A DNA stretch of 32,766 nt from Alphaproteobacteria bacterium (GCA_046081665.1 JBJTWJ010000140.1:1-32766), one strand, 5' to 3'. Shown: positions 19,223 to 28,690, counted from the stretch's first letter. Notes: generated from the sequence alone by a model not told the origin. Numbers and translations are program-made.

Positions 19223-20802
19223 TAGATTAATTTGAGTGATTTAGGACGAGTTCTTTTAAGCCAAATCGCAATCATCATTCTAGTAAGCAAAATTGCTGAA
19301 AACATAGAAGAAATTATCCCGATTGATAAAGTAACTGCAAAACCTTTAACTGAACCATTGCCAAAAACAAACAGAAAAAATGCCACGATTAAGGTTGTGA
19401 GATTTGAATCAATAATTGTTCTATAAGCCTGATCAAAACCCATTTCAACAGCCTGAAAAATTGAACGTTTTTCACGAAGCTCTTCTTTTATTCTTTCAAA
19501 AATTAATACGTTAGCATCTACAGCCATACCCATGGTAAGGACAATTCCCGCAATTCCAGGAAGAGTTAAAGTAGCATTAAGTAGAGCTAATGAGGCAATA
19601 ATTATTGCTACATTAACAATCATTGCAACATTGGCAATTAAACCAAACAAACCATAAAAAATAACCATAAAGATTCCCACAAAAAACATCCCCATTACTG
19701 ATGAAATTTTTCCACTGCGAATTGAATCCAGACCAAGCGAAGGACCAACTGTTCGTTCTTCAATAATTTTTAATGGAGCTAAAAGAGCACCTGCTCGTAA
19801 AAGCAAAGCAACTTGTCCAGCTTCTTGGGTTGAAAAATTACCAGATATCACCCCTGAGCCTTGAGTAATTGCACTATTAATTTTAGGTGCAGTAACTACA
19901 TTACCATCAAGAACAATTGCAAAAATTTTGCCAATATTATCTCTGGTAACTTGAGCAAATTTTTTAGCACCAATTGCGTTGAATCTAAAAAAAACAGCTG
20001 GTTGACCTTCATGATATGTAGCACTAGCATCAACAAGCATATCACCACTTAGTACCACCTCTTTTTTTAAAACCAATGGAAATTTATTTTGATCATATGC
20101 TGTAAAATTTTGAGGATTAAGATTATTTTGATCAGCAGCTAAAAAATGAAAAGTTAATTTAGCTGTCTTGCCAAGAAGCTGTTTTAATTCATCAGAATTT
20201 TGAACACCGGGAACTTGCAACAAAATTCTACTATCCCCTTGTGCTTGAATTGATGGTTCTTTAGTGCCGTTTTCATCAACTCTTCTTCTGACAATCTCAA
20301 TTGATTGAGCAATCAAGCGTTGTTTCATAGCAACTAACTCCTTATTATCATAAAAAAGTTTGAATTGGTTATCATCTTCATCAATTTTAATAAATCGATC
20401 AACTTTGCGAATTAAGTTTATAACTTGTTTTTTTTGTTCATTATCATATAAATTGAAAGCTATTTTATCATTATAAGCTTGAGGAACAGATCTAATTGAA
20501 TTTTCATTGAAAATATTTGTTAATTCTTCATTTAAATTATTAATTTGTTCTGTTAAATAATAATCAAAATCAACTTCTATCATCAACTGCGAACCTCCTT
20601 GAAGATCAAGACCCATGTTAACTTTGGTTGATGGCAAAAAACTCAGCAAATAGCTCTTAAAACTCGATTTTTTTTCTGCAACGTTGATTGTTTGTTCAGA
20701 AATTTGCTGATCGTGATGAATAAAAGTTGGCAATGAAAAATAAATTGCCAAAACTACAAATAAAAAAATAGTTAGAATTTTAATTTTAGAAAAATTTAAC
20801 AT
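19222..20802 (-). CDS. secD: Protein translocase subunit SecD
   Basis: MGLDLQGG, IVRRRVDENGTKEP, RILLQVPG, ERTVGPSLG, TLTLPGIAGIVLTMGMAVDANVLIFERIKEE, DSNLTT, VKGFAVTL. Confidence 0.97.
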   Translation of the reverse strand: MLNFSKIKILTIFLFVVLAIYFSLPTFIHHDQQISEQTINVAEKKSSFKSYLLSFLPSTKVNMGLDLQGGSQLMIEVDFDYYLTEQINNLNEELTNIFNENSIRSVPQAYNDKIAFNLYDNEQKKQVINLIRKVDRFIKIDEDDNQFKLFYDNKELVAMKQRLIAQSIEIVRRRVDENGTKEPSIQAQGDSRILLQVPGVQNSDELKQLLGKTAKLTFHFLAADQNNLNPQNFTAYDQNKFPLVLKKEVVLSGDMLVDASATYHEGQPAVFFRFNAIGAKKFAQVTRDNIGKIFAIVLDGNVVTAPKINSAITQGSGVISGNFSTQEAGQVALLLRAGALLAPLKIIEERTVGPSLGLDSIRSGKISSVMGMFFVGIFMVIFYGLFGLIANVAMIVNVAIIIASLALLNATLTLPGIAGIVLTMGMAVDANVLIFERIKEELREKRSIFQAVEMGFDQAYRTIIDSNLTTLIVAFFLFVFGNGSVKGFAVTLSIGIISSMFSAILLTRMMIAIWLKRTRPKSLKLI

Positions 20803-20841
20803 AATATCCAGTATCTTAAATTAATTTATAAGTTATATATT

Positions 20842-21222
20842 TTATTTATTTTTTGATGAAATATTTTCTTGATTGCCTTTACTTTCTTTATCCTCATTAT
20901 ATTCGGATACATAATTTCTTAGAATTTTAACATTAACATTATTAGCAATTTCAATTTCAACTTGGTTAGTTTTTTTATCAATATCACGAATTACGCCTAT
21001 AAGTCCTCCGTTAGAAACAATCTTAGTGCCAATTTTTAAATTATTTACAAATTCCTGATGTTCTTTTATTTTTTTATTCTGTGGACGAATGATTAAAAAA
21101 TAAAAAACAACGAATATCAGAATCAACGGAACAAAACTACCTGCAGACATAGAAGATTTGCTAGCTGAAGAGGTTATAACTTCTTGAGCATTAGCTGATT
21201 TAATTAAAATATTTTCAATCAT
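20842..21222 (-). CDS. yajC: Preprotein translocase subunit YajC
   Basis: PLILIFVVFYFLIIRPQNKK, L..G.KIVSNGGLIG; directly upstream of secD. Confidence 0.95.
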   Translation of the reverse strand: MIENILIKSANAQEVITSSASKSSMSAGSFVPLILIFVVFYFLIIRPQNKKIKEHQEFVNNLKIGTKIVSNGGLIGVIRDIDKKTNQVEIEIANNVNVKILRNYVSEYNEDKESKGNQENISSKNK

Positions 21223-21290
21223 TTTAAAATAATTTTATTGTTAACTTATAAGACTTACTTAAATTAAATTATAACTAATATTTTTTATTT

Positions 21291-21319
21291 AAAATAAAAA
21301 AAATATTTAAATAAGTCAA
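21291..21319 (-). promoter_or_regulatory. Candidate sigma70 promoter for yajC-secD-lptD
   Basis: Minus strand TTGACT (21319-21314), 17 nt spacer, TATTTT (21296-21291). Weak given the AT content. Confidence 0.3.
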
Positions 21320-21358
21320 AAATATATTTGATTAATTAAGTAAAATTTATATGATCAA

Positions 21359-21553
21359 TTACTCTTCACTTTTAAGCAATAAGCTCTTTAATTTATTAAC
21401 CTCATCAATATTTACCTCTTTTGACTGTTTTTCAGGATTTTTTGGATCAGGAAGTTCTGTATAGTCAGGAGGAAGAATCAAAGGATCATCCTTTGTTTTA
21501 TCACAAGATATTGTAAAACATAACAAAAAAATAGCTAGAAATATTTTATACAT
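21359..21553 (-). CDS. Small lipoprotein, DUF3035-like
   Basis: Signal MYKIFLAIFLLCFTISC; PLILPPDYTELPDP resembles the DUF3035 core, a family often next to lspA in Alphaproteobacteria; 8 nt overlap with lspA. Confidence 0.7.
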   Translation of the reverse strand: MYKIFLAIFLLCFTISCDKTKDDPLILPPDYTELPDPKNPEKQSKEVNIDEVNKLKSLLLKSEE

Positions 21554-22106
21554 TTTTTTTAAATTTATTTATAAAAAACTCATCAAAGATTAAAACCATG
21601 ATTCCAATAAAAATTGAACAGTCAGCAAGGTTAAATGCTGGCCAATGATATGAACCAATATAAAAATCCAAGAAATCAGCTACTGCGCCGTTAAAAATTC
21701 TATCAATGGTGTTACCAAATGCACCACCAATTACCAAACCCAGAGCAATAGCTATGTATATTTTTTTTACTTGATAAAGCCAAAAAATTAATGCCAGACC
21801 AATTCCGCCTTGAATTAATACAAATATAATTTCACTATTTTTAATTTTACTAAACATCCCAAAGCTTACTCCCGTATTCCAAACTTTAACTAAGGAAAAA
21901 AAGTCAAAAATTTTAATTTCCGAATAATTTTGATTATCTAACAAATTAAGTTTTTGGCGATTATCAATTAAATTAAAAATCAATTTTTTGGTAAATAGAT
22001 CTAATCCGCAGACAATTGTTGCTATTGCAATACCAACAAAAAATAAATAAGAAAAATTTTTTAAAGAAAATGTTTTAAAGGTAACTTTTTCAAAAATTCT
22101 CAACAT
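21546..22106 (-). CDS. lspA: Lipoprotein signal peptidase II
   Basis: DLFTK, VWNTGVSFG, GGAFGNTIDR, GAVADFLD, WPAFNLAD. Start uncertain (ATG 22106 or 22163). Confidence 0.95.
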   Translation of the reverse strand: MLRIFEKVTFKTFSLKNFSYLFFVGIAIATIVCGLDLFTKKLIFNLIDNRQKLNLLDNQNYSEIKIFDFFSLVKVWNTGVSFGMFSKIKNSEIIFVLIQGGIGLALIFWLYQVKKIYIAIALGLVIGGAFGNTIDRIFNGAVADFLDFYIGSYHWPAFNLADCSIFIGIMVLIFDEFFINKFKKNV

Positions 22107-22303
22107 AAAAATTTTAAAAAATTTATTTACTTTAACTCGTGAATTTAAAAACTTATATGACATTGAAATTTAGTTTTTGATCGATTAAAATAATTGAAGA
22201 TAATATGTTTTAAATAATTAAATTTTGATAATTATTTTATGAATATTTTTTAATAAGTCCATAAATATAATTTCCTTAATCCCCAAAAATTAAAGGTTTG
22301 AAT

Positions 22304-23221
22304 ATGAAAATTACTTTTATGGGAACAGCTCAATTTGCTTGCCCTGCTCTTCTTAAAATTTTAAACGATAAAAATTTTAACGTTGTTGGAATTTATACTC
22401 GTGAACCAAAAAATGCTGGACGTGGTCAAAAAATTCAGATTTCACCAATTCACCAAATTGCCCTTGCTCATAATATTCCAGTTTTTCACCCAAAAAATTT
22501 TAAAGAACAAGAAGCTGTTAATCATTTCAAATCGCTTGATGCTGATATTGCAGTTGTTGTAGCATATGGTTTAATAATTCCCAAACAAATACTTGAATCA
22601 CCGCAATATGGCTGTATCAATATCCACCCATCACTCTTACCCAGATGGCGAGGTGCATCACCAATTCAAAGAACAATAATGGCTGGCGATAAAGTAACTG
22701 CACTTGATATTATTCAGATGGATGAGGGTCTAGACACCGGAGATATTTTAATGCGTAAAATTGTTGAATTAAATGGCGAAGAAACTTATCAATCGCTTAT
22801 GGAATCACTTGCGATAATTGGTGCTAATCAGTTAGTGGATTTACTTAAAATAATTGACAAAAATAATTTAGGAAATTTAAAAATTATCAAGCAAGACTCA
22901 AGTTATGCAACATATGCTCAAAAAATTAGCAAAGAAGAGTCAGTAATTGACTGGGGTCAAAATGCTGAAACTATTATTCGCAAAATTAAAGGGCTCAGCG
23001 GATCGTTAACCGCTCAATTTACAATAAATGATCAAGTTATTAAAATTTATGATGCCAAAATTATCGACCAACTCAGCTCAAATTTTCCAGCTTCAACAAT
23101 TTTAAATAATGAACTACATATTCAGTGTTCTAAGGGAATAATCCAACCTCTTATTCTTCAGCGTCAGGGCAAGAAAATTATGTCAATTAAAGAGTTTCTT
23201 TTAGGCTTTAAAATGCCGTAA
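22304..23221 (+). CDS. fmt: Methionyl-tRNA formyltransferase
   Basis: MKITFMGT, VVVAYGLI, CINIHPSLLPRWRGASPIQR, MDEGLDTGD; AAAGG upstream of ATG 22304. Confidence 0.97.
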   Translation: MKITFMGTAQFACPALLKILNDKNFNVVGIYTREPKNAGRGQKIQISPIHQIALAHNIPVFHPKNFKEQEAVNHFKSLDADIAVVVAYGLIIPKQILESPQYGCINIHPSLLPRWRGASPIQRTIMAGDKVTALDIIQMDEGLDTGDILMRKIVELNGEETYQSLMESLAIIGANQLVDLLKIIDKNNLGNLKIIKQDSSYATYAQKISKEESVIDWGQNAETIIRKIKGLSGSLTAQFTINDQVIKIYDAKIIDQLSSNFPASTILNNELHIQCSKGIIQPLILQRQGKKIMSIKEFLLGFKMP

Positions 23222-23239
23222 ATTATTTATGTAAGTATT

Positions 23240-23569
23240 TTATTTTTCTTGTAAAAAGTGAATAATTTTTTGACATTTTGCAGTTTCTATTTCCGATAAT
23301 TTTTGAATTTCTTTGAGCTTGTCGATTAATTGAATGTTGCAGTTAGAAAAATCAGTTTTGGTTTTTTTAAGGCATTTATGATAATTCTTGCAAGCAAGAT
23401 CTGTCTTATCTTCAGGAATTGTCCTAAAATTTTTAATTGTCCGATCAAATAGACAATAATTTCCATATTTAGGAGGAAGTTTTTTATCAGTTTTATTTAT
23501 TAATTTACAATTAGAAATTGTTAAAACAAAAAATAATATTATAATATTTTTAAAACTAATTTTATTCAT
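23240..23569 (-). CDS. Predicted lipoprotein with degenerate secretory phospholipase A2-like domain
   Basis: Signal MNKISFKNIIILFFVLTISNC; YGNYC...PED.TDLACKNYHKC...CN..L follows the sPLA2 pattern YGxYCG...PxDxxDxCCxxHDxC...C(D/N)xxL. Start 23569 or 23581. Confidence 0.65.
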   Translation of the reverse strand: MNKISFKNIIILFFVLTISNCKLINKTDKKLPPKYGNYCLFDRTIKNFRTIPEDKTDLACKNYHKCLKKTKTDFSNCNIQLIDKLKEIQKLSEIETAKCQKIIHFLQEK

Positions 23570-23584
23570 ATTTCTTACCATTTT

Positions 23585-24100
23585 TTAATATTTTTTAATA
23601 GCTTTTAATTCATCCAAGATCATAGTCAAAACCATCTCTACACCTTGAAACCTAATCTGAGAACGATTACCTTTAAATTCAAATTTTTTAACATTTTTTT
23701 TATCTAAAGAAACTAAAGCTATATAAACCAAGCCAACTGGCTTATCAGGACTTCCTCCACTTGGACCAGCTATTCCGGTAATTGCAATTGTTAAATCAAC
23801 ATTAGCAATTTTAATTAAACCATCAGCCATTTCTAAAGCAACTTCCTGACTAACTGCACCATACAAATCAAGGGATCTTTTTTTGACGCCTAAAAAATCT
23901 ATTTTAGCTTGATTAGAATATGAAACTACTGAACAATCAAATATTTCCAAGACACCTGCAAATTCAGTAAATAATGCACTAAGTAAACCTCCCGAACATG
24001 ATTCAGCAAAAGCAATTTTAATTTTTTTTTGAGAACATAAGTTAATTATTTCGCTAACTTTAGCATTTAATGTTTTTTTTAAAAAGCCATTTACGATCAT
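23585..24100 (-). CDS. pncC: CinA C-terminal family protein / NMN deamidase PncC
   Basis: AFAESCSGG, YSNQAK, GAVSQEVALEMA, ITGIAGPSGGSPDKPVGLVYI; ATGA overlap with the spoT stop. Confidence 0.88.
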   Translation of the reverse strand: MIVNGFLKKTLNAKVSEIINLCSQKKIKIAFAESCSGGLLSALFTEFAGVLEIFDCSVVSYSNQAKIDFLGVKKRSLDLYGAVSQEVALEMADGLIKIANVDLTIAITGIAGPSGGSPDKPVGLVYIALVSLDKKNVKKFEFKGNRSQIRFQGVEMVLTMILDELKAIKKY

Positions 24101-26277
24101 TGATAATATCCTGCAATTCTTTCAACTTGGATTGTTTTTTTTGAGATTCTTAAAGTTGATAAAATCTCTTCTAAATGTTCAACATTTTTAACATTAATGT
24201 CAATTACCACTTCAAAAAGATCAGAACATCTATTAGTTGTTTTAATGTGATTAATGTTAATTTTTTTCTTAGCAATTACGCTTGTAATCTCAGCCAATGC
24301 CCCACTTCGATTTTCAACAACAACACGAATTTGACTAGTATAATTATCTGCAATATTTTCTTCATCATCTTTCCAACAAACATCAACAACCAATTGCGGA
24401 TTAATCGCAAAATTTTTCAAATTGCGACATGTTTTTTGATGTATTGTAACACCAGTTCCAGTATTAATTATTCCAAGTATCGGATCACCGGGAATTGGGT
24501 TGCAACATCCAGCATATCTGATAGCCATTCCGTCAACCAAACCAGTAATAGGTAGGTGAAAAGATGTTCTTTTTTTCTTTTTTTGTAAAGGCTGGGCATA
24601 GTTAATTACTTTGCCTTCTTCTACATAATCAGGATATATAATTTTTAAAATTTCACTGCGATGAATTGATCCATCGGCAACTTTAAAATAGAAATCACTG
24701 AGATTTTTCTTCTTGAAATGAGCAAGTTTTTTTTCGATTAGTTTTTCATTAAATTCGAGATTTTTTGATGATAAATATTTCTGCAAAATTGCACTTCCCA
24801 ATGCCGAATATTCTTGATATTTTTGATTACGCGTAAAATTTTTAATTGCTGATTTTGCTTTTGAAGTAACCACAAATTGAAGCCAATTTGGCGATGGTCG
24901 AGAATTTTTGGCAGTAATAATTTCAACTTGATCACCATTTTCAAGACTTGTTCTCAATGGTGCAATCATCCCATTTACCTTAGCTGAAGTGCATGTATTG
25001 CCAATTTCAGAATGAATAGCATAAGCAAAATCAACTACAGTTGAACCATGAGGTAAGTTAAAAATATCACCATTTGGAGTAAAACAAAAAACTTCATCTT
25101 GATGCATATTTAATTGATGATGCTTGAGAACATCACTGGCATTTTCTGAATTTTCAAAAAGCGTTATCAATTCTCTAATCCAACGATATTGGTCTTTAGA
25201 AGAATCCTTAGAGTTTCTTGACAATGTTTTTTTGCCAGACATATCTTCTTTATAATTCCAATGCGATGCAACACCCAACTCAGACTCTTCATGCATTTGC
25301 TGATCACGAATTTGAATTTCAATTTTATTACCCTCAAAAGCTAAAACCGCTAGGTGAAGAGAACGATAGCCATTATCTTTGGGAGTGCTAATATAATCAT
25401 CAAATGTTCCAGGAATCATATTAAAATGCGAATTAATAATTCCCAACGACTTATAACATTGAGAAATATCTTTAACAACTATTCGAAAAGCCATAATATC
25501 ATGAAGACTATAAAATCCTATATTTTTAACCTTCATCTTCATCCATATTGAATATGGTTTTTTTTCTCTTCCAGAAATTTCACATTTAACATCATTTTGG
25601 GCAAACATGTCATGTAAAGTTAAAAGAATTTTATCAATAATATTTTGATTTTTTTCACGAATCTCATTGAGTTTTTCAATTATATTGTTTCGAGCTTGCG
25701 GATTAATAACTTCAAATGCCAGATCTTGTAGCTCATCTTTAATTTTATTCAAACCAATCCTTCCTGCAAGTGGCGCATAAATTTCCAAACTTTCATTGGC
25801 TTTTTTAATTTTTTTTTCACGACTGGGAACATAATTCAAAGTTCTCATATTGTGAAGACGATCAGCAAGCTTAACCAATAAAACTCTAATATCCTGAGAC
25901 ATTGCCATGGTTAGTTTACGAAAATTTTCAGCAACTCTTTCAAAAGAATGAAGACTTTCCATTTTGCTTAGCTTAGTTACTCCATCAACCATTTTAGCAA
26001 TATTTTCATTAAAGTTTTTGGCAATATCCTCAAGTGTAACTGGGGTATCTTCAACAACATCATGTAATAAAGCTGTGATAACTGACTCTTCGTCAAGTTT
26101 GAGATCTGCTACGATTTCTGCGACTGCAACTGGATGAGAAAAATATGAATCGCCAGAATGTCTTTTTTGACTCCCATGGGCTTCTTTTGCGAAGATATAA
26201 GCCTTATGTATTTGGGAATCATTTAAGTTGGGGTAATGAATTTTTACTTTGTTAATTAATTCTTGCGATGAGATCAT
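24097..26277 (-). CDS. spoT: Long RelA/SpoT homologue, (p)ppGpp synthetase/hydrolase
   Basis: Hydrolase YFSHP..LLHDVVEDT, KLADRLHNMRT; synthetase GREKKPYSI, EIQIR; TGS DFAYAIHSEIG; CCNPIPGD; C-terminal ACT/RRM. Follows rpoZ. Start 26277 or 26292. Confidence 0.96.
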   Translation of the reverse strand: MISSQELINKVKIHYPNLNDSQIHKAYIFAKEAHGSQKRHSGDSYFSHPVAVAEIVADLKLDEESVITALLHDVVEDTPVTLEDIAKNFNENIAKMVDGVTKLSKMESLHSFERVAENFRKLTMAMSQDIRVLLVKLADRLHNMRTLNYVPSREKKIKKANESLEIYAPLAGRIGLNKIKDELQDLAFEVINPQARNNIIEKLNEIREKNQNIIDKILLTLHDMFAQNDVKCEISGREKKPYSIWMKMKVKNIGFYSLHDIMAFRIVVKDISQCYKSLGIINSHFNMIPGTFDDYISTPKDNGYRSLHLAVLAFEGNKIEIQIRDQQMHEESELGVASHWNYKEDMSGKKTLSRNSKDSSKDQYRWIRELITLFENSENASDVLKHHQLNMHQDEVFCFTPNGDIFNLPHGSTVVDFAYAIHSEIGNTCTSAKVNGMIAPLRTSLENGDQVEIITAKNSRPSPNWLQFVVTSKAKSAIKNFTRNQKYQEYSALGSAILQKYLSSKNLEFNEKLIEKKLAHFKKKNLSDFYFKVADGSIHRSEILKIIYPDYVEEGKVINYAQPLQKKKKRTSFHLPITGLVDGMAIRYAGCCNPIPGDPILGIINTGTGVTIHQKTCRNLKNFAINPQLVVDVCWKDDEENIADNYTSQIRVVVENRSGALAEITSVIAKKKININHIKTTNRCSDLFEVVIDINVKNVEHLEEILSTLRISKKTIQVERIAGYYQ

Positions 26278-26340
26278 ATTTGAGATCTCCATTGAATTAA
26301 TTTAAAATTAATAAATTTAAAAATTAATGAATTTAAAAAA

Positions 26341-26709
26341 CTAATCGTCCACTTCAACATTTTCGTCAACAAAAGTACTATCTTTAAGAACGATATTAAC
26401 CTGCGGATCGTCTTCTTGGCTAACATTGCCTGCTTCATCAGCAATGGCATCATGAATTTGCTGATTATCAGAAACAACTTCGACAATTCCACGATTTTTT
26501 ATTGATTTAACAATATTTTTCTTTTGCATTTCAATATCAAGCACTCCTTCAGCAACCTCTCGTAAAGCAATAACAGCAGGTTTTTCTTTGCGATCGAGAT
26601 TTGTAGGTGCACCAGACAAAATGCTTTTAGCCCTGTTGCCTGCAATCAAGCAAAGCTCAAAACGATTTGGAACAACTTCAATACAGTCTTCAACGGTAAT
26701 TCTTGCCAT
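26341..26709 (-). CDS. rpoZ: RNA polymerase omega subunit
   Basis: MARITVEDC...NRFEL, KPAVIALREVAEG, acidic tail of alphaproteobacterial type. Confidence 0.97.
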   Translation of the reverse strand: MARITVEDCIEVVPNRFELCLIAGNRAKSILSGAPTNLDRKEKPAVIALREVAEGVLDIEMQKKNIVKSIKNRGIVEVVSDNQQIHDAIADEAGNVSQEDDPQVNIVLKDSTFVDENVEVDD

Positions 26710-26749
26710 AAAAAAAATTTTAAATTAATTGATTGATTAACACCAACTA

Positions 26750-26777
26750 ATTCTAATGTTCAAAATTATGAAAGCAA
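26750..26777 (-). promoter_or_regulatory. Candidate sigma70 promoter for rpoZ-spoT
   Basis: Minus strand TTGCTT (26777-26772), 16 nt spacer, TAGAAT (26755-26750), about 40 nt before the rpoZ ATG. Confidence 0.3.
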
Positions 26778-26865
26778 GTTTTAAATAAAAAAGTAGTTTA
26801 TTTAATTTGAATTATTTAAAATTTAAAAATAGAGATATTTTAATGAAAATATAATTTGATTTGCA

Positions 26866-27726
26866 ATGACAGTTAAAATTCACGAATCTGAAGATTTTGA
26901 AAAAATGCGTAAATCCGGAAGGCTTGCCAGCGAGGTTTTGGATTATATTGGTCAGTTTGTTAAAGAAGGAATCACTACTTTAGAATTAGATCAAATTTGC
27001 CATAAAAAAATAATTGAGGCAAATGCTATTCCAGCTCCTTTAGGATATCATCCCAGCAATTTTAAATACCCATTCCCCAGATCAATTTGTACTTCGGTTA
27101 ATGAAGTAATTTGCCATGGTGTTCCATCTAAACAGGTTCTTAAAAATGGCGATATAATCAACATCGACGTTACGGTAATTGTTGATGGATGGCATGGCGA
27201 TAGCAGTAGAATGTATTATGTTGGTAAGCCATCTATCAAAGCCCAAAAACTTACGCAAACAACTTATGAATGCTTAATGCTAGCTATTGAAGAAGCCAGA
27301 CCGGGAAACCATCTTGGCGATATTGGATTTGCTATTCAAAATCATGCAGAAAAAAATGGTTTTTCAGTAGTTCGTGATTATTGTGGTCATGGCATTGGCA
27401 AGGTTTTTCACGATGAACCAAGTGTTGTTCACTATGGCAAAAAAGCGCAAGGTTTAGAAATTAAAGAAGGTATGTTTTTTACAATTGAACCGATGATTAA
27501 TGAAGGAAATTTTTATACTAAAAAAGACGAAACTCTCAAAAATAAAGATCCCATCCTTTATGAATGGACAGTAATAACTGCTGATAAAAATCCTATTAAT
27601 GGCAAAAGGTCTTTATCAGCTCAATTTGAGCATACTATTGGCATAACTGCAACAGGTTGTGAAATTTTTACTAAATCTATCAACGATCTAGAATTGCCAA
27701 TTTTTAAAAATAACTTTAACCTTTAA
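26866..27726 (+). CDS. map: Type I methionine aminopeptidase
   Basis: SICTSVNEVICHGVP, NIDVT..DGWHGDSSR, YCGHGIG..FH, FTIEPMIN, SAQFEHT. Confidence 0.97.
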   Translation: MTVKIHESEDFEKMRKSGRLASEVLDYIGQFVKEGITTLELDQICHKKIIEANAIPAPLGYHPSNFKYPFPRSICTSVNEVICHGVPSKQVLKNGDIINIDVTVIVDGWHGDSSRMYYVGKPSIKAQKLTQTTYECLMLAIEEARPGNHLGDIGFAIQNHAEKNGFSVVRDYCGHGIGKVFHDEPSVVHYGKKAQGLEIKEGMFFTIEPMINEGNFYTKKDETLKNKDPILYEWTVITADKNPINGKRSLSAQFEHTIGITATGCEIFTKSINDLELPIFKNNFNL

Positions 27727-27735
27727 ACTAAATTT

Positions 27736-28620
27736 ATGACTGAAATTATTCCTTTTGATCTTCGTGATGGAACAATATTTTACAATGGCAATTTTGTTGA
27801 ATGGCAAGATGCCAAAGTTCATGTTCTCAATCATGGTTTGCATTATGCTTCACTGGTTTTTGAAGGAGAAAGAGTTTATAATAAAAAAATTTTTGAATCG
27901 ACTAAACACTCGCAAAGGCTTCACAATTCAGCAAAAATTATGGATTTCGAAATTCCCTATAGCGTAACTGAAATCAATCGTTTAAAAGAAGAGTTAGTTA
28001 TAAAACAAAATATTATCAACGGATATATCAGAGCATTCGCATGGCGAGGGTCAGAAAAAATGGCAATTTCAGCTCAAAATAATAAAATTCATTTTGCCAT
28101 AGCCTGCTGGCAATGGCCATCATATTACAGCGATGAATCTAAGAAAGCTGGATTGAAAGTTAAGTTTGCTCAATATCGTCGACCTCCATTAGAATGTGCT
28201 CCTGTTCATGCTAAAGCTGCAGGTTTATACATGATTTGCACTATATCTAAACATCAAGCTGAGCGTGATGGATTTAATGATGCCTTAATGCTTGACTATC
28301 GAGGATATTTGGCTGAAGCTACTGGTGCAAATTTATTTTTGGTAATGAAAAATAACGAACTACATACCCCACTTGCCGATTGTTTTTTGAATGGTATCAC
28401 AAGACAAACTGTAATTGAACTTGCTAAAAAAAGAGCGATTAAGGTAATTGAAAGACATATTAATCCTGAAGAACTCGATCAAGCCCAAGATATTTTTATA
28501 ACTGGAAGTGCTGCTGAAATTACCAGAATTAGTAATATTGATAATAAATATTTATATCCTAATCCATGTCAGATCACTTTGAATCTTATGCAGGATTATC
28601 AACAACTTGTTAATAGCTAA
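27736..28620 (+). CDS. ilvE: Branched-chain amino acid aminotransferase (class IV)
   Basis: HGLHYASLVFEGER, HAKAAGLY (PLP lysine), EATGANLF, FLNGITRQT, FITGSAAEI. Confidence 0.93.
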   Translation: MTEIIPFDLRDGTIFYNGNFVEWQDAKVHVLNHGLHYASLVFEGERVYNKKIFESTKHSQRLHNSAKIMDFEIPYSVTEINRLKEELVIKQNIINGYIRAFAWRGSEKMAISAQNNKIHFAIACWQWPSYYSDESKKAGLKVKFAQYRRPPLECAPVHAKAAGLYMICTISKHQAERDGFNDALMLDYRGYLAEATGANLFLVMKNNELHTPLADCFLNGITRQTVIELAKKRAIKVIERHINPEELDQAQDIFITGSAAEITRISNIDNKYLYPNPCQITLNLMQDYQQLVNS

Positions 28621-28690
28621 AATGATTAAAAATAAATTTAATTGCTTAAAATATTTTTTATTAAAAATATTTAATTTTGTAAAAATCTTA

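Noticed and set aside
21223-21358. AT-only inverted repeats between yajC and the small lipoprotein as terminator or ncRNA
   Set aside because: No GC-containing stem; such symmetry is expected in near-pure A/T sequence.
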